Assembly: GCA_027001995.1 (NCBI GenBank)
Contig: JALTLO010000099.1
Location: 742 to 53,815 of the forward strand
Reading direction: 5' to 3'
Length of the DNA: 53,074 nucleotides
Origin: Planctomycetota bacterium
Lineage (GTDB): Bacteria > Planctomycetota > GCA-002687715 > DRQF01
Position 1 is the first letter of the stretch; each line of letters starts with the position of its first letter. The position numbers and the translations under genes are program-made. The notes below the pieces were generated by a model. It was not told where the DNA came from. It searched no databases and saw only the letters and a program-made list of their open reading frames with translations. This document shows, in pieces, positions 38,818 through 49,163 of the stretch.

Positions 38818-40722
38818 CTAGAACGTCACCTGGATGACGTTCGATCCCCTGAAATTGTAGTCAGGAGGCACTTCAATCGCCACCGCTTGGAGTGTCAAAC
38901 CGGCTGGAAGCCCTGTTGCCCCCCAATAGAAATTGCCGTTCGCATCCGCGCTCGAGTGAAAGGGAATAACACCATAGGGCATGAAAATGGTCTGTAAAGC
39001 GTCTGGGGCCACGCCATAGATGGGTCCGCTCCCGATAGGTGAGAGGATTTGAAGGGAAAACCCGATGACCCAGACATTAAACGGAGCCATGTTCTGGATC
39101 TGAACCAAGATGTCCCCAACGCCCGTGGTTGTGATGGACAGAGTCAGAGGGTCCGGTTGGTTAGCAATGGCGTCCAGCACTGCCTGCTCGGCATTCAAGC
39201 GCCCATGGCCGTAGAGCAGGCTATGCCCGCTTGTATTGTAGTTTGCCGCCGCTGGTTGGATTTTGTCGGCGCTGTCCCGCAAGATGTCGCCAACTTGAAC
39301 CCAATTGAGATCCGGGGCAACTTCAAGAATCAAAGCTGCGACCCCTGCCGCCAAGGGAGCCGCTGACGAAGTACCGCCGAAACTGAGCGTTGTTGAACTC
39401 CCTATGTCTGTGGTGCTGATAGATCTCGTTCCACCAGATGAAGGCGCCATGAAATCGAGTTCTGGCCCATAGTCACTGTAGTTCGATCGCAGATCAAAAT
39501 TGTCTGTCGCACCAACCGCGATGGTATAAACACTGGCCACGTATTCGTCAGGTCCAATGGGCTCGTTGCCGTTTCCCGCTGCCCAAAAAATCGGGCTACC
39601 AAGACCATTGCGGCCAACACCGACAGCGTAAGCAAACGACTGCTCCACCAGAGTTGGCAGAGGGAAGGGAATCCCATCAGGCCCCCAGCTATTGGTAATC
39701 ACGTCAGCACCGTTATCAGTGGCCCAAATAAAACATCCGGCTTCATCCGTAGGCGTGCCGAACCCGGAGCCGTCAAGCAGGCTAATGGGAAGTATCGTTG
39801 CCTCATAGGCAGCGCCGCATACTTGATTGTTGTTGTTTCCAATGGCTGCGGCAACACCGGCGCATCTAGTGCCATGGCCTGCTGGATCCTGGGCGTTTGT
39901 GGGCCCTGCTCCGTTCAAGGGATCGTATCCCAAGGAGTATTGCAAAAGATCAGGATGGGCCACTTGGACACCGGTGTCGATCACGGCAATAGTCATTCCC
40001 GCTCCCGTCGCATGGTCCCATGCTGCCGGACCTTTGATGTCCGCCCCCACAAGGCCACCCCCTTGACCCGTGTTTTGCAAGTGCCATTGGTTGCCAAAAA
40101 GAGGATCATTGGGAATGATGTCGTTCCTTTGCCCCAAGAATCGCAGCCAATTTGGGTGAGCCCAAGTGACACTCCGCAACGCCACCAACTCTTGAGCGAC
40201 CTCCATGGCATCACCTCCTGGGGGAAGCCGCAACAAGAATGCGCCTGGAAGCCAGGATATCGGTGCCATCAGCTGAGCTTCCACGCGATCCAAATCCCTT
40301 TGGATCTGGTTGACTGTAGGTGCCCCAGCGAACTTCACCACAAGCTGGTTGGTCAAGAGATACCAACCTTTGCGGCCAGCCTCTGAAGCAATGCTATAGA
40401 CTGGATGAGCAAACCGAACATCACGCCTGCGGCGTAAAATGGCGACGAGCTCGTCTCGCGACCCAGGCCGAACTTCGAGAACGGCGCAGCGCCTCCCAGG
40501 AAATCTCTCCTTCAGGCCAACAATGAGATTGCCAAGCTCTTCCAAGAATCGCTCCCTATTGAAACGACTTCGAAAGCCAAAAACCACAAGGTCTGGGCTA
40601 GCAGTTAGCTCCACGTCCTGTTTTCCCAACCTGGTTGTTCGAACGTCTTGTCCAAAGACCAGGGGTGCAAAACAGCAAAGTGCGATAATTAAAATTGAGA
40701 CCCTAAGCATTCCTGACTCCAT
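38818..40722 (-). CDS. Secreted S8 family (subtilisin/kexin-like) serine peptidase
   Basis: Catalytic triad motifs VIDTGV, GHGTRCAG and GTSSAAP; AAGNG oxyanion motif; prodomain; YGHGRLNA. Confidence 0.95.
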   Translation of the reverse strand: MESGMLRVSILIIALCCFAPLVFGQDVRTTRLGKQDVELTASPDLVVFGFRSRFNRERFLEELGNLIVGLKERFPGRRCAVLEVRPGSRDELVAILRRRRDVRFAHPVYSIASEAGRKGWYLLTNQLVVKFAGAPTVNQIQRDLDRVEAQLMAPISWLPGAFLLRLPPGGDAMEVAQELVALRSVTWAHPNWLRFLGQRNDIIPNDPLFGNQWHLQNTGQGGGLVGADIKGPAAWDHATGAGMTIAVIDTGVQVAHPDLLQYSLGYDPLNGAGPTNAQDPAGHGTRCAGVAAAIGNNNNQVCGAAYEATILPISLLDGSGFGTPTDEAGCFIWATDNGADVITNSWGPDGIPFPLPTLVEQSFAYAVGVGRNGLGSPIFWAAGNGNEPIGPDEYVASVYTIAVGATDNFDLRSNYSDYGPELDFMAPSSGGTRSISTTDIGSSTTLSFGGTSSAAPLAAGVAALILEVAPDLNWVQVGDILRDSADKIQPAAANYNTSGHSLLYGHGRLNAEQAVLDAIANQPDPLTLSITTTGVGDILVQIQNMAPFNVWVIGFSLQILSPIGSGPIYGVAPDALQTIFMPYGVIPFHSSADANGNFYWGATGLPAGLTLQAVAIEVPPDYNFRGSNVIQVTF

Positions 40723-40860
40723 ATGAACTCACTATCGTCCGGATGATGCATCGTACTTGCCTATGCTTTCAGAACGATAAAGTTTCTATTTGGGTGAATA
40801 TGCAAGGGTGAGGAATCATGGTGCGATCCCAGCACATTTATCCAGCGGATCTCTCTGAAT

Positions 40861-40895
40861 AAAAAAAACGGCGACCACTGGAAGGTGGCCGCCGT
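40861..40895 (-). terminator. Rho-independent terminator
   Basis: Minus strand reads ACGGCGGCCAC-cttcca-GTGGTCGCCG followed by a T8 run, just downstream of the stop at 40919. Confidence 0.8.
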
Positions 40896-40918
40896 GAAGG
40901 AACTGTGGAATTGGGTTA

Positions 40919-41440
40919 TCAGGCGTAAACGTCAACGCGTGACCCGATTTCTTCGGGTTCGCGACTTGAAGCCTCTTGCACCTTTTCAGATGCTTGCTCC
41001 TCCAAGATCGGTTCGCCTCGCTTGACCGGCGGTCGGCCCTCCGCCTCAAAGATCGGCTCGAATTTGCCGTCCGTGCGGGGAGCGCGAAACTTCACCTTAG
41101 CCCGGGGAGCTTCCTCTTCGGTGGCGTCTGTTTGATGACGCTTACCGTGGCGGCTGTCTCCGGCCTTTGCCTTTAAACCTACTGGGTCACGGCGTTGCCG
41201 CCCTGATCCAGCCGCCTCATCGGCGGACCCCTGACTGAATGTCGCGTCCTCGCTGTCGCGAGAGCGCGCCGAAAGATCAGAAACGCGTGCAGGGCTGGAA
41301 ACCCTACTGACGCGATTTACACCTATCGACGCCGCTCCTAAGGAGATTGGGTCGAACATGATTAGCCCCATGTCGTTTGTATGATTTGGCCCACAAGGAG
41401 CCGAATCAGAGAAGTCCACCCCAGCGTACCCCGAGTTCAA
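40919..41440 (-). CDS. Hypothetical low-complexity charged protein (true start may be MFDPISL, ~41359)
   Basis: 173-aa ORF followed by a clear terminator; ends in IGSRVDVYA. Confidence 0.65.
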   Translation of the reverse strand: MNSGYAGVDFSDSAPCGPNHTNDMGLIMFDPISLGAASIGVNRVSRVSSPARVSDLSARSRDSEDATFSQGSADEAAGSGRQRRDPVGLKAKAGDSRHGKRHQTDATEEEAPRAKVKFRAPRTDGKFEPIFEAEGRPPVKRGEPILEEQASEKVQEASSREPEEIGSRVDVYA

Positions 41441-41781
41441 AGACCAGGTCGGAAATTTTTACAATGAAATTCGACTCACGGGTTTCTTCGTATATGCCGA
41501 TGAGTCATGAGCAGGACATAACCCAACCAAACCAAACGGTGGATGAGTTTCATGTCTGCAAGCCAACGTTCCAAGAATACCCGCGTATAGAAGAAGCCCC
41601 ATGGCAATTGTCATGGAATAAGCTCAAGCAACGTATTTATGGTACAGTGGCCACCGAACACCCGGGATCGGTCGAGATGAGTGCGCCTGCTCCATTTGGG
41701 AGCGAGAAAGTGTCGGCTCTTTACTAAGAGGGCCGCGGCCCATTCATCTGACCTTTCCTACTTTTCGCGCCCCATTCCCTT

Positions 41782-43101
41782 CTATCGCCGCCAACGTTTG
41801 ATGCGATTGCGAATGATCTTATCTTTGGTGTAGAGAGGCGACAGGGCTTTCCGCAATGATTTGGCAGAACCTTTCTTCGCCTTGACTTTCTTGCCTCCCA
41901 TTTCTCTCTTGGCAGCTTCCGCCACCAGAATAATCTGATGGTTTCTCTCTCCCTTGATGAGAGCATCGACTTGAGGGATGAGACTCGAATCCTTCGAGGT
42001 CATATAAGCAAAAAGAATGGCCGTCCGCGGCGCCACTCCTTTTGCATCTTTCTTCCAGCGATCCTGAAGTGTTTCCTGGACGTCCTCATCCTCCAAGAAA
42101 TAACCCAAGGACATATAGGCTGCCATGCGCATCGGCTCTCTCTTGTCGCTAACGTGAGCAAGCAAAAGCGTTTTCACTTCCTGCTCGCCAGCACCACAAG
42201 GCCCCAGTGCTCTCAAGATATCTGTGTGCAGCACTTTGTAGTTGCTCTTCTTCACTTTGAATAGGGCAAGCAGAGGTTTCGTGGCTTCTTCCGCCTTGAG
42301 TTCTTCTAGGGTGACAACGGCACAATTCTTGACCAAGACCGAGGGATCGTTCAGCCATTTGAGAACAATAGGAATGGCATGCTCTAAACCGTCATTGCCC
42401 ATAGCCCGAATGCAAGCAGCTTTGTCCGTCTCTTTCTTGAGCCCTTCAATAATCATGTAAAGCGTGTCTGTTTTTTTCTTATCCTGAAAATCAAGGATCG
42501 CTTTGACAGCTTTGACCTTCTGTTTCGTGCTTCCTTTTCTGACGGCTTTGTAGAGTTTCTTGGTGGCCCCATCCATGCCATCCACAACCTTGGCACCAAA
42601 CTGAACCAAAGCTCGGTTAAGAAGCTCCAAGAAGGCCGGCTTCTTCAACTCATATATCTTCTGCATGAAGATCTTCTGCTCGTGGTCGACGAAAATATGA
42701 TTGGGCACTTTGACATCCGTCGTTTCCAGGAAATCGAAACGAACTTCTTTTTCATTTTTCCTGAGAGCATCGCAACTGATGGAGCCAAATAAGGCGCTGA
42801 CATTCACCGAGGTGCCATCGATGATCCGGGTCACTTCTTTGTGTCGATCGACACAGGTGGGAAGGAGGACAAAATTCTGCAATTTCGCGATGACTTCCGG
42901 GTCGGTATAGATATTGCGAAGCATTCTTTGACAAGCGATTTCCTTGCTCATATGCATGGTGATCAGGAGAGGCTTATTCTCGCTCTTAGAACGAGCAAAG
43001 GCCGCTTCCAAGCCCGTTTCCCACCTTATTTCGCCCTGAGCGAAAACGTGAGAAACGAAACTGGACAAAAAAACGAGTGCAGGAATGAGGACTCTATGCA
43101 T
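41782..43101 (-). CDS. Secreted thioredoxin-like plus HEAT-repeat protein
   Basis: Signal peptide ending VFA-Q; IRWETGLEAAFARSKSENKPLLI...EIACQRM; HEAT-like repeats (LNDPSVLVKNCAVVTL). Confidence 0.85.
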   Translation of the reverse strand: MHRVLIPALVFLSSFVSHVFAQGEIRWETGLEAAFARSKSENKPLLITMHMSKEIACQRMLRNIYTDPEVIAKLQNFVLLPTCVDRHKEVTRIIDGTSVNVSALFGSISCDALRKNEKEVRFDFLETTDVKVPNHIFVDHEQKIFMQKIYELKKPAFLELLNRALVQFGAKVVDGMDGATKKLYKAVRKGSTKQKVKAVKAILDFQDKKKTDTLYMIIEGLKKETDKAACIRAMGNDGLEHAIPIVLKWLNDPSVLVKNCAVVTLEELKAEEATKPLLALFKVKKSNYKVLHTDILRALGPCGAGEQEVKTLLLAHVSDKREPMRMAAYMSLGYFLEDEDVQETLQDRWKKDAKGVAPRTAILFAYMTSKDSSLIPQVDALIKGERNHQIILVAEAAKREMGGKKVKAKKGSAKSLRKALSPLYTKDKIIRNRIKRWRR

Positions 43102-43292
43102 GTGGTTCTTCTACTGCGCGTGTGAATTTCACCAGGAGCAAAGCGTGATGTGGTTAGAACACCCACCGGACCTTGTTGTTACGCCCGGAATCGATGATTT
43201 ATTCGTGGGAATTCTTACCGCCTCAGCTCGCCCCTCGTGACTCCAACCCCAGAGGGTTAACATAGAGCACATCACACAATTGGAGAATTAAG

Positions 43293-44201
43293 ATGTTTCG
43301 TCGTCTCATGACTTGCGCCCTAATCGCTGCCTTCACAAGTCTTTGTGTTTCAGCTCAAGATTCCCGACCGACCAGTAAACCAAGTTCACGCCCTACATCC
43401 AAGGCATCCAAAACCGCCAACACCAAGAAATGGTTGGATAAAATGGCGACCCCAATCAAAGTGGGGCAAAACGGTCGCTGGGCAGAATACGGCAGCGCCA
43501 TCAAGATGAAAGCCCAAACCTCTCTCAAGGCGATTGCCAACAAACCAGAAGACTTCAAAGGCAAAGTGGTCTTACTTCGGGGCAAGATCAACTCGATCTG
43601 TGTCAAGAAGGGTTGCTGGCTTCGCATGGAAGACAGCGGTGAAGAACTCTTCGTCAAGTTCAAGGACTACGCTTTCTTTGCTCCCCGCCATTTGGCCGGA
43701 CACGATGTTCTCTTGGAAGGGGTTGTCAGCCACGATGTGGTCAAAGAAGCCGAACGGCGTCACATGGCCGAAGACGCTGGCAAGAGCAAAGAAGAAATCG
43801 CTGCCATCAAAGGTGACAAGACCGAACTCCGCATGATGGCTCGGTCCATGCGTATCATCGAGCCTACCGCGCCCCGCAAAGCTCAAATGGTCATGATTGG
43901 CGACCACAACAACCGCAAAAAGATGACCCCACTCACGGACGTCGTCAAGGATCCCAAGAAATACGTTGGCCAAGACATCGATATCTCTGGGCAAATTGTC
44001 TCCGCCAAAGCCCGTGAGTTTGAAATTGAGTCTCAAGGGAAGCGTCTCACTTTGACGTTTTCAGACCCACTCCCTGATCTTCGCTTGGTTGTCATGCTCA
44101 AAGCCGCCACCCGTCCAGCCTATGCCCGGGCTTTCGGCCAAATTCACATCAAAGACGGTGTTGTCACTTTCGCCGTGAAAACCGCTTCGGTGGTCTACTG
44201 A
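43293..44201 (+). CDS. DUF4920 family secreted OB-fold protein with a second OB-like domain
   Basis: GKINSICVKKGCWL, VKFKDYAFFAP, RHMAEDAGKSKEEI; GGAG SD. Confidence 0.88.
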   Translation: MFRRLMTCALIAAFTSLCVSAQDSRPTSKPSSRPTSKASKTANTKKWLDKMATPIKVGQNGRWAEYGSAIKMKAQTSLKAIANKPEDFKGKVVLLRGKINSICVKKGCWLRMEDSGEELFVKFKDYAFFAPRHLAGHDVLLEGVVSHDVVKEAERRHMAEDAGKSKEEIAAIKGDKTELRMMARSMRIIEPTAPRKAQMVMIGDHNNRKKMTPLTDVVKDPKKYVGQDIDISGQIVSAKAREFEIESQGKRLTLTFSDPLPDLRLVVMLKAATRPAYARAFGQIHIKDGVVTFAVKTASVVY

Positions 44202-45183
44202 CCGAAACATCTTCACTTCGGAGATGATCCAGTCTGATTGTTGTCAAGCGTCCCTCTTCAAAATGAAGAGGGACGTTGGGCACCAACATTCCAGCAATGG
44301 CGATATCACATGAGGGCCACATACTTTCCCCTGCCCTCGCTTTCTCAGACAACCACCTAGGTAGAGTAATTTCGAATTCCCCCAACTCGTCGGTCGTTCC
44401 TTGAAACGGGAGAGCTCTCCCCAAGACCTCGGTGAGAACAAGACGAACTTCTGCCCCCTCTATGGCGCACCCCAAAGACCCTTCAAGGCGACCATGGTGG
44501 GTCTCCAAAGTCAAACTCCGCCCCACTTCAATCGTTGCTATTCCATCGCCAACGACTCCAGTGAAGAAATCTCCAGCCCCGGTGTGCTGCCCCGTGGCAT
44601 AGACTTCCACATGGGCGTCCACAGGCACCTTGGTCATCACGCACTGGAGGAGACCTTCTCCCGGTTTATATAATTCGGTCCCACACCTTCCTGTGGGCAT
44701 AAGGCCATCTCCGACCAAATCCCAGCGCCACGACAAATAGACTGGCTCGGGGGTTTGCCAATCGTAAGTGATTGTACAAGTTCGCAGTGCATCTTTGGCC
44801 ACCATGCGCACCAAAGGCGATGACAACTCAGACAGCCATTCTCCACGCAAGCGCCAATCAAGATCTTCGAAATCTGGGTGCGAGACCCGCAGTCTGAATG
44901 GGAAATCGTGGATCGGAGACAAAGACAGCCGGACCTGGCCAAGGGCATCACTCCGCCCGGCTTCCATGGACAATCCTGGCAACGTAATCGAAACGAGAGC
45001 ACCAGGAATAGCCTGAGAATCGTGGTGGTTTATGACCTTGAGGACGAGCTCCTGGTCTCTCCAATCCTGCCCCCGTCGGCTATTTTTTTGATTTTTTGGC
45101 CCACTTCTACCCAAGTCACCACGGTTCCCAAGAGAAAAGAACAAAAGAAGCAAGGCCAGCGACACGATCATCTTCAGTTTCAT
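44164..45183 (-). CDS. Hypothetical exported protein with carboxypeptidase-regulatory-like (transthyretin-fold) domains
   Basis: AIPGALVSI...SDALGQV...VSHPDF and IEGAEVRL...TTDELGEF patterns; N-terminal hydrophobic stretch. Confidence 0.7.
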   Translation of the reverse strand: MKLKMIVSLALLLLFFSLGNRGDLGRSGPKNQKNSRRGQDWRDQELVLKVINHHDSQAIPGALVSITLPGLSMEAGRSDALGQVRLSLSPIHDFPFRLRVSHPDFEDLDWRLRGEWLSELSSPLVRMVAKDALRTCTITYDWQTPEPVYLSWRWDLVGDGLMPTGRCGTELYKPGEGLLQCVMTKVPVDAHVEVYATGQHTGAGDFFTGVVGDGIATIEVGRSLTLETHHGRLEGSLGCAIEGAEVRLVLTEVLGRALPFQGTTDELGEFEITLPRWLSEKARAGESMWPSCDIAIAGMLVPNVPLHFEEGRLTTIRLDHLRSEDVSVSRPPKRFSRRK

Positions 45184-45433
45184 GAATTAAGACCCAGACA
45201 CGATAATCACCACAGAATTGGCTGAAATGGCGAACAGAACCCGTTCGCTTCAAATCAACCCGTTTTCCCCCGAGAATGGCTATCCCAAGAAACGACCCTG
45301 AAGGTAAAGACGCCAGGAAGACACCATGTGGACAGGGTTTTCTCTGGGGACACGAAAGATCCTGATTAGAATGTCTGCACAAGTCTCATCAATCAGGCAT
45401 AATTCTGCCGATGAGCAAACACCGAGCTAACCT

Positions 45434-46417
45434 ATGACCACAAACGACAAACAAGAAGAAACCCTACTCGACCGTGAAGCCCGATTCTGGGACGAGCAGG
45501 AAGAAGCCCTCGACGATCTCTATGCCAAACCCCACGATTGGCGGTTTATACCGGAGATTGCCGACTACGTCATCAAGCCAAAAGTGAAAGCTCTGATGCG
45601 TATCATTGGGGAACACCGAGAGCAGGTCAATTCCATCTTGGACATTGGCTGTGGCAACGGTTGGTTCTGCCATAGTTGTGCCGACAACGGCATCAAGGCT
45701 TACGGCGTCGATCTTTCTCCCAAGAAAGTTGAAGCTGCTGCTGCCGCTGCCGATGACAGAGGGATCGGCGAGCTTTGTCATTTCATGGCCTCAGACATCA
45801 TGGAATTGGAGCTACCAGAAAAAGTCGACATGATTACGGCTCACGGCAGCCTTCATCATCTTCCTGACCTAGAAGACAAGCTGCCCATCTTGATCGAGCG
45901 CTTTCTAAAACCCGGAGGATTGATGTTATTCGTCGAGCCTCACCACGAAGGTATGTCTCCAGGCATTCAGAAATTGGTTTTTAGCTGCGCCAATTCAAAA
46001 CTCATCGGCAATTGGTTTGACAAAGAACATTACGTCCGTGTTCGTGGAGAAGACGGGGGCGGTCCAGCGCCGGAAGAAGATCCCAGTGGCGGAAACAAAG
46101 AAGGTGACGAAGGAACTACCGAAGAATTCAATCTTCGCAGCGAAAGCCCGGCGGGTCTCGAATTCTTGGGGGAAGAACCCGACATGGGCGCCATCGTCCA
46201 ACGGGACTACACACTCATTGAAGAGAAATACTTCCACTACATGTCCGGTCATCTCACCAATGCCTTCTACACTTACATGAAACCAGCATGGGTCCGAGGA
46301 CTCTGGCGTCTCATGTTGCCATTCACCATTTGGTTAGACGATCGCTTGTGCCGCAAGCCCAACTACCACAAATATGCAGAAGAAGGCTTGTGGTTGCTCA
46401 AACGCCGGGAAGAGTGA
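45434..46417 (+). CDS. Class I SAM-dependent methyltransferase
   Basis: ILDIGCGNG, GVDLS, GSLHHL, LKPGGLMLFVEP. Confidence 0.9.
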   Translation: MTTNDKQEETLLDREARFWDEQEEALDDLYAKPHDWRFIPEIADYVIKPKVKALMRIIGEHREQVNSILDIGCGNGWFCHSCADNGIKAYGVDLSPKKVEAAAAAADDRGIGELCHFMASDIMELELPEKVDMITAHGSLHHLPDLEDKLPILIERFLKPGGLMLFVEPHHEGMSPGIQKLVFSCANSKLIGNWFDKEHYVRVRGEDGGGPAPEEDPSGGNKEGDEGTTEEFNLRSESPAGLEFLGEEPDMGAIVQRDYTLIEEKYFHYMSGHLTNAFYTYMKPAWVRGLWRLMLPFTIWLDDRLCRKPNYHKYAEEGLWLLKRREE

Positions 46418-46451
46418 GTCCTGTAAATCCTAAGAGCAAAGAAACATCGAG

Positions 46452-46502
46452 AAAAACCACCGCCCTAGCCAAGAATACTCTCTGTCTGGGTGGGGTTTTT
46501 TC
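46452..46502. terminator. Imperfect bidirectional stem-loop between convergent genes
   Basis: AAAAACCACCGCCC...GGGTGGGGTTTTT. Confidence 0.45.
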
Positions 46503-46527
46503 ATGAATGGGAGCTATCCCCTTTCTT

Positions 46528-48294
46528 CTATTCGAACAGATCCGTCCCACGTTTCTTGCATTCGGACATGTAAGATTCGAAAGCGATTGCTTCAGCTTCA
46601 TCAAACATGGATGCATCGATAAGGTTAGTATCGAAACCAACATAGTTGAGAGGTTGGCAACGCAAGAACCCCTCTTGTTCTGGATGTTCCTCAAACACCA
46701 CAACGTTCTCATGGCGCACGCCACCAAAACCTTCGATGTAGATTCCAGGTTCGATAGAACAAACATGCCCAGGGCGGATCACCCCCGTATATCCAGGCGA
46801 AATACCCACACCCGGCTCGTGAACATGAACCCCAACCCCATGACCGGTTCCGTGGGCATAGTCAAGACCAGCTCGATAGATCGGCGCTCGTACGAGAGCA
46901 TCGATGAATGACCCCTTTGTTCCCTTAGGAAAGATGGCCATCATTCCTTGCAACATACCCTTAAGGGCCGTTGTATAGATATGCTTCTGGCGCTGGGATG
47001 GCTCTGCGTTTTTGCCTCCAGCGATGAAGCAACGGGTGATATCGGTGGCCAAACCACCTTCGTAGAGCGCCCCACTATCAAGCAACATGAGGTTGTTTGC
47101 CTCAATAGGCACGTCCAGGGAAGGGTCGGAAAAATGAATGATAGCGGTATTCGCACCTGTGGCCGCGATGGTGTGAAACGACAGGTCCCGGGCACCTTCA
47201 GCTTGATAGAACTCATTCGCTGCATCATGAAAATCGAGTTCGCTTATTTTCTGACCCGCCGCCATCTGCTGACGCACCCAAGAAATCGTGTTGGTAATTG
47301 CACGGGATGACCGTGCATTGGACTCCTTCATGTGCTCCAGCTCAGAGGGAGTCTTAATGGCCCGGATTGGCACGACTGGGCTGGGTTTTTCTCGCAGGGT
47401 GAGATCAGGGCGGGCTTCTTGAATTCCTTGAATCGTTGCCTTTGAAACTTGGTTGGGATCGAATTGCACAACCTTCACATCGGCATAGGAATCGTCAAGA
47501 ATCAGCTCATGGGGAGTCCGCACGGTAAAGGAAACATGAGGGCCATCGGCGGTTTTCTCGTTCACCGCTTGATCCACGGTGATGTCCATGCCCTGAGGGC
47601 GGGCCAAAGCGATGGCCGCGAAGGAGCTTTGGTAGGCAAAGTGATAACCACGGGCGTCTGACAGCCAAGCGATGTCATCCAGAGCGGTGAGCAAAAGAAC
47701 CACACGGCCAGCATCCAAAATATCGTCGAATACAGCCTTCAGTTTGTCCTTCGTTGAACGTCCAGAAATCTCACCCGGAATGAAGGAGACTGCTTTGGTT
47801 TGAGTCAAAACAGGGCGCTTCAGAGCCTGGGCGACAAGAGTGCCATCTAAGGCCACAGCCTCAGCCCCTGTCTCTTCAATAGTCCGAGAGAATCGCAGAG
47901 TGACACGATCACTTTCGTAGCCGATTCGTTTCATTTTCTTGGCATCATCGAGAAGGGCTCCTGCCACAGAAACAGAGAATTGCACCTTCACCACTTCGAT
48001 GAGAGTAGAATCCACCTCACTATCCGCCTGAAGATGATAACGCCCATCAACATAGAGCTTCACCCGATCATCTACCGGAATGAGAACAAGGGCCGTCGAA
48101 CCCGTGAATCCAGTCAACTCGTAGCGATGATTGTCTTCCAGGGGCGTATATTCGTTCTGATAGCGATCGGCGCTGTTGATGATGAGGCCATCCAATTCCT
48201 GGTCTCTCATGAGGACACGAACGGCCTCAATGTTCGCCGCTACCTGTGCTCGATCAATCTGGTAGTGTTCGCTTTGTGCTGGCCAGCTTTCCAT
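46528..48294 (-). CDS. Aminopeptidase P family (M24B, long creatinase-N form)
   Basis: LTGFTGS, VDGRY, LLDSGALY...TDITR, HGTGHGVG...VHE, SIEPGIY...GGVRHEN. Confidence 0.93.
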   Translation of the reverse strand: MESWPAQSEHYQIDRAQVAANIEAVRVLMRDQELDGLIINSADRYQNEYTPLEDNHRYELTGFTGSTALVLIPVDDRVKLYVDGRYHLQADSEVDSTLIEVVKVQFSVSVAGALLDDAKKMKRIGYESDRVTLRFSRTIEETGAEAVALDGTLVAQALKRPVLTQTKAVSFIPGEISGRSTKDKLKAVFDDILDAGRVVLLLTALDDIAWLSDARGYHFAYQSSFAAIALARPQGMDITVDQAVNEKTADGPHVSFTVRTPHELILDDSYADVKVVQFDPNQVSKATIQGIQEARPDLTLREKPSPVVPIRAIKTPSELEHMKESNARSSRAITNTISWVRQQMAAGQKISELDFHDAANEFYQAEGARDLSFHTIAATGANTAIIHFSDPSLDVPIEANNLMLLDSGALYEGGLATDITRCFIAGGKNAEPSQRQKHIYTTALKGMLQGMMAIFPKGTKGSFIDALVRAPIYRAGLDYAHGTGHGVGVHVHEPGVGISPGYTGVIRPGHVCSIEPGIYIEGFGGVRHENVVVFEEHPEQEGFLRCQPLNYVGFDTNLIDASMFDEAEAIAFESYMSECKKRGTDLFE

Positions 48295-48393
48295 CCCATG
48301 ACGCTCCCTGTTGCAAAATTGCTGACTTTTCAGCGGTTGTTCCCGATAGCCTATGATCCAGAACCTCAGATAGCCAATAATGGGAAAGTTGAT

Positions 48394-48678
48394 ATGAAAC
48401 GAGAAGATTCAGCCTCCCAGGCAAGACTAGCCCACAAGACCTTTGGTCACGTTCCCGGGGTTGGCAAAAGCATTGCCTTGGATCTTTGGAATTTGGGCAT
48501 GCGCACCATGGACGACCTCAAAGCTGGGGATCCAAACTTGATGTTTGAAACAACGAAAGCTCTGGCGGGGGGCTCCATGGACCGCTGTATCCTCTATGTT
48601 TATCGCTGCGCCGTGGCTTTCGCCCGAAACCCCGACCTCGCCCCAGAACGCTGTAAATGGTGGTACTGGAAGGACTAA
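48394..48678 (+). CDS. Cdd1/mitomycin-resistance-like helix-hairpin-helix protein
   Basis: VPGVGKSIALDLWNLG...DRCILYVYRCAVAFA...KWWYWKD. This is the C-terminal part of ORF 47980..48678; start placed at ATG 48394. Confidence 0.85.
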   Translation: MKREDSASQARLAHKTFGHVPGVGKSIALDLWNLGMRTMDDLKAGDPNLMFETTKALAGGSMDRCILYVYRCAVAFARNPDLAPERCKWWYWKD

Positions 48679-48735
48679 GAGACTTATCACTCAACGAGAT
48701 GGACCTCATTCGAGAAATTTCAAATTAAACTGAAC

Positions 48736-48760
48736 TACGAAAGACTTCGTACGTCATAAT
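48736..48760 (+). promoter_or_regulatory. Putative BlaI-family operator and -10 box
   Basis: TACGAA-agac-TTCGTA (48736-48751) lies just before CATAAT (48755-48760) and the AGGAG SD of the regulator. Confidence 0.7.
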
Positions 48761-48779
48761 TCGCACAAGGAGAAGAAAC

Positions 48780-49163
48780 ATGACGATCAACCAGCCAACA
48801 GATTTTGAGCTCGAACTCTTGAAGGTTCTTTGGGATCGAGGGCCGTCGACGGCCAGAGAGGCCCTCAAAGCTATCGAAGCATCCAGATCTGTGGGCTACA
48901 CCACAGTCCTCAAAATGCTGCAAGTCATGGACAAGAAAGGCATGGTGAAAGTCGATCGCTCAAGACGCAGTCACGTCTATGAAGCCGCATTGCAGAGAAG
49001 CAAAACAATGAGTGGGCTCTTAAGCCGCTTCTTGGATCGTACCTTTGATGGGGCCGCAGAAGAACTCTTAATCCATTTGGCTGAAGGTGAGTTGAGCTCC
49101 GAAGCGCTCGACGACCTGGAATCACGCATCGCTGCTCTCCGCGCCAAAGAGAAACGCTCATGA
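48780..49163 (+). CDS. BlaI/MecI/CopY family transcriptional regulator
   Basis: TDFELELLKVLWDRGPSTARE, YTTVLKMLQVMDKKGMV, RSHVY, FDGAAEELL. Confidence 0.95.
   Translation: MTINQPTDFELELLKVLWDRGPSTAREALKAIEASRSVGYTTVLKMLQVMDKKGMVKVDRSRRSHVYEAALQRSKTMSGLLSRFLDRTFDGAAEELLIHLAEGELSSEALDDLESRIAALRAKEKRS

Noticed and set aside
41377..41727. 116-aa plus-strand ORF in the gap between two minus-strand genes
   Set aside because: No motif or convincing RBS; it may be real, but I cannot support it.
47980..48393. Long N-terminal extension of ORF 47980..48678, and similar extensions on ORFs 5584, 16918 and 16058..17047
   Set aside because: They overlap opposite-strand genes or promoters; family-typical starts lie downstream.
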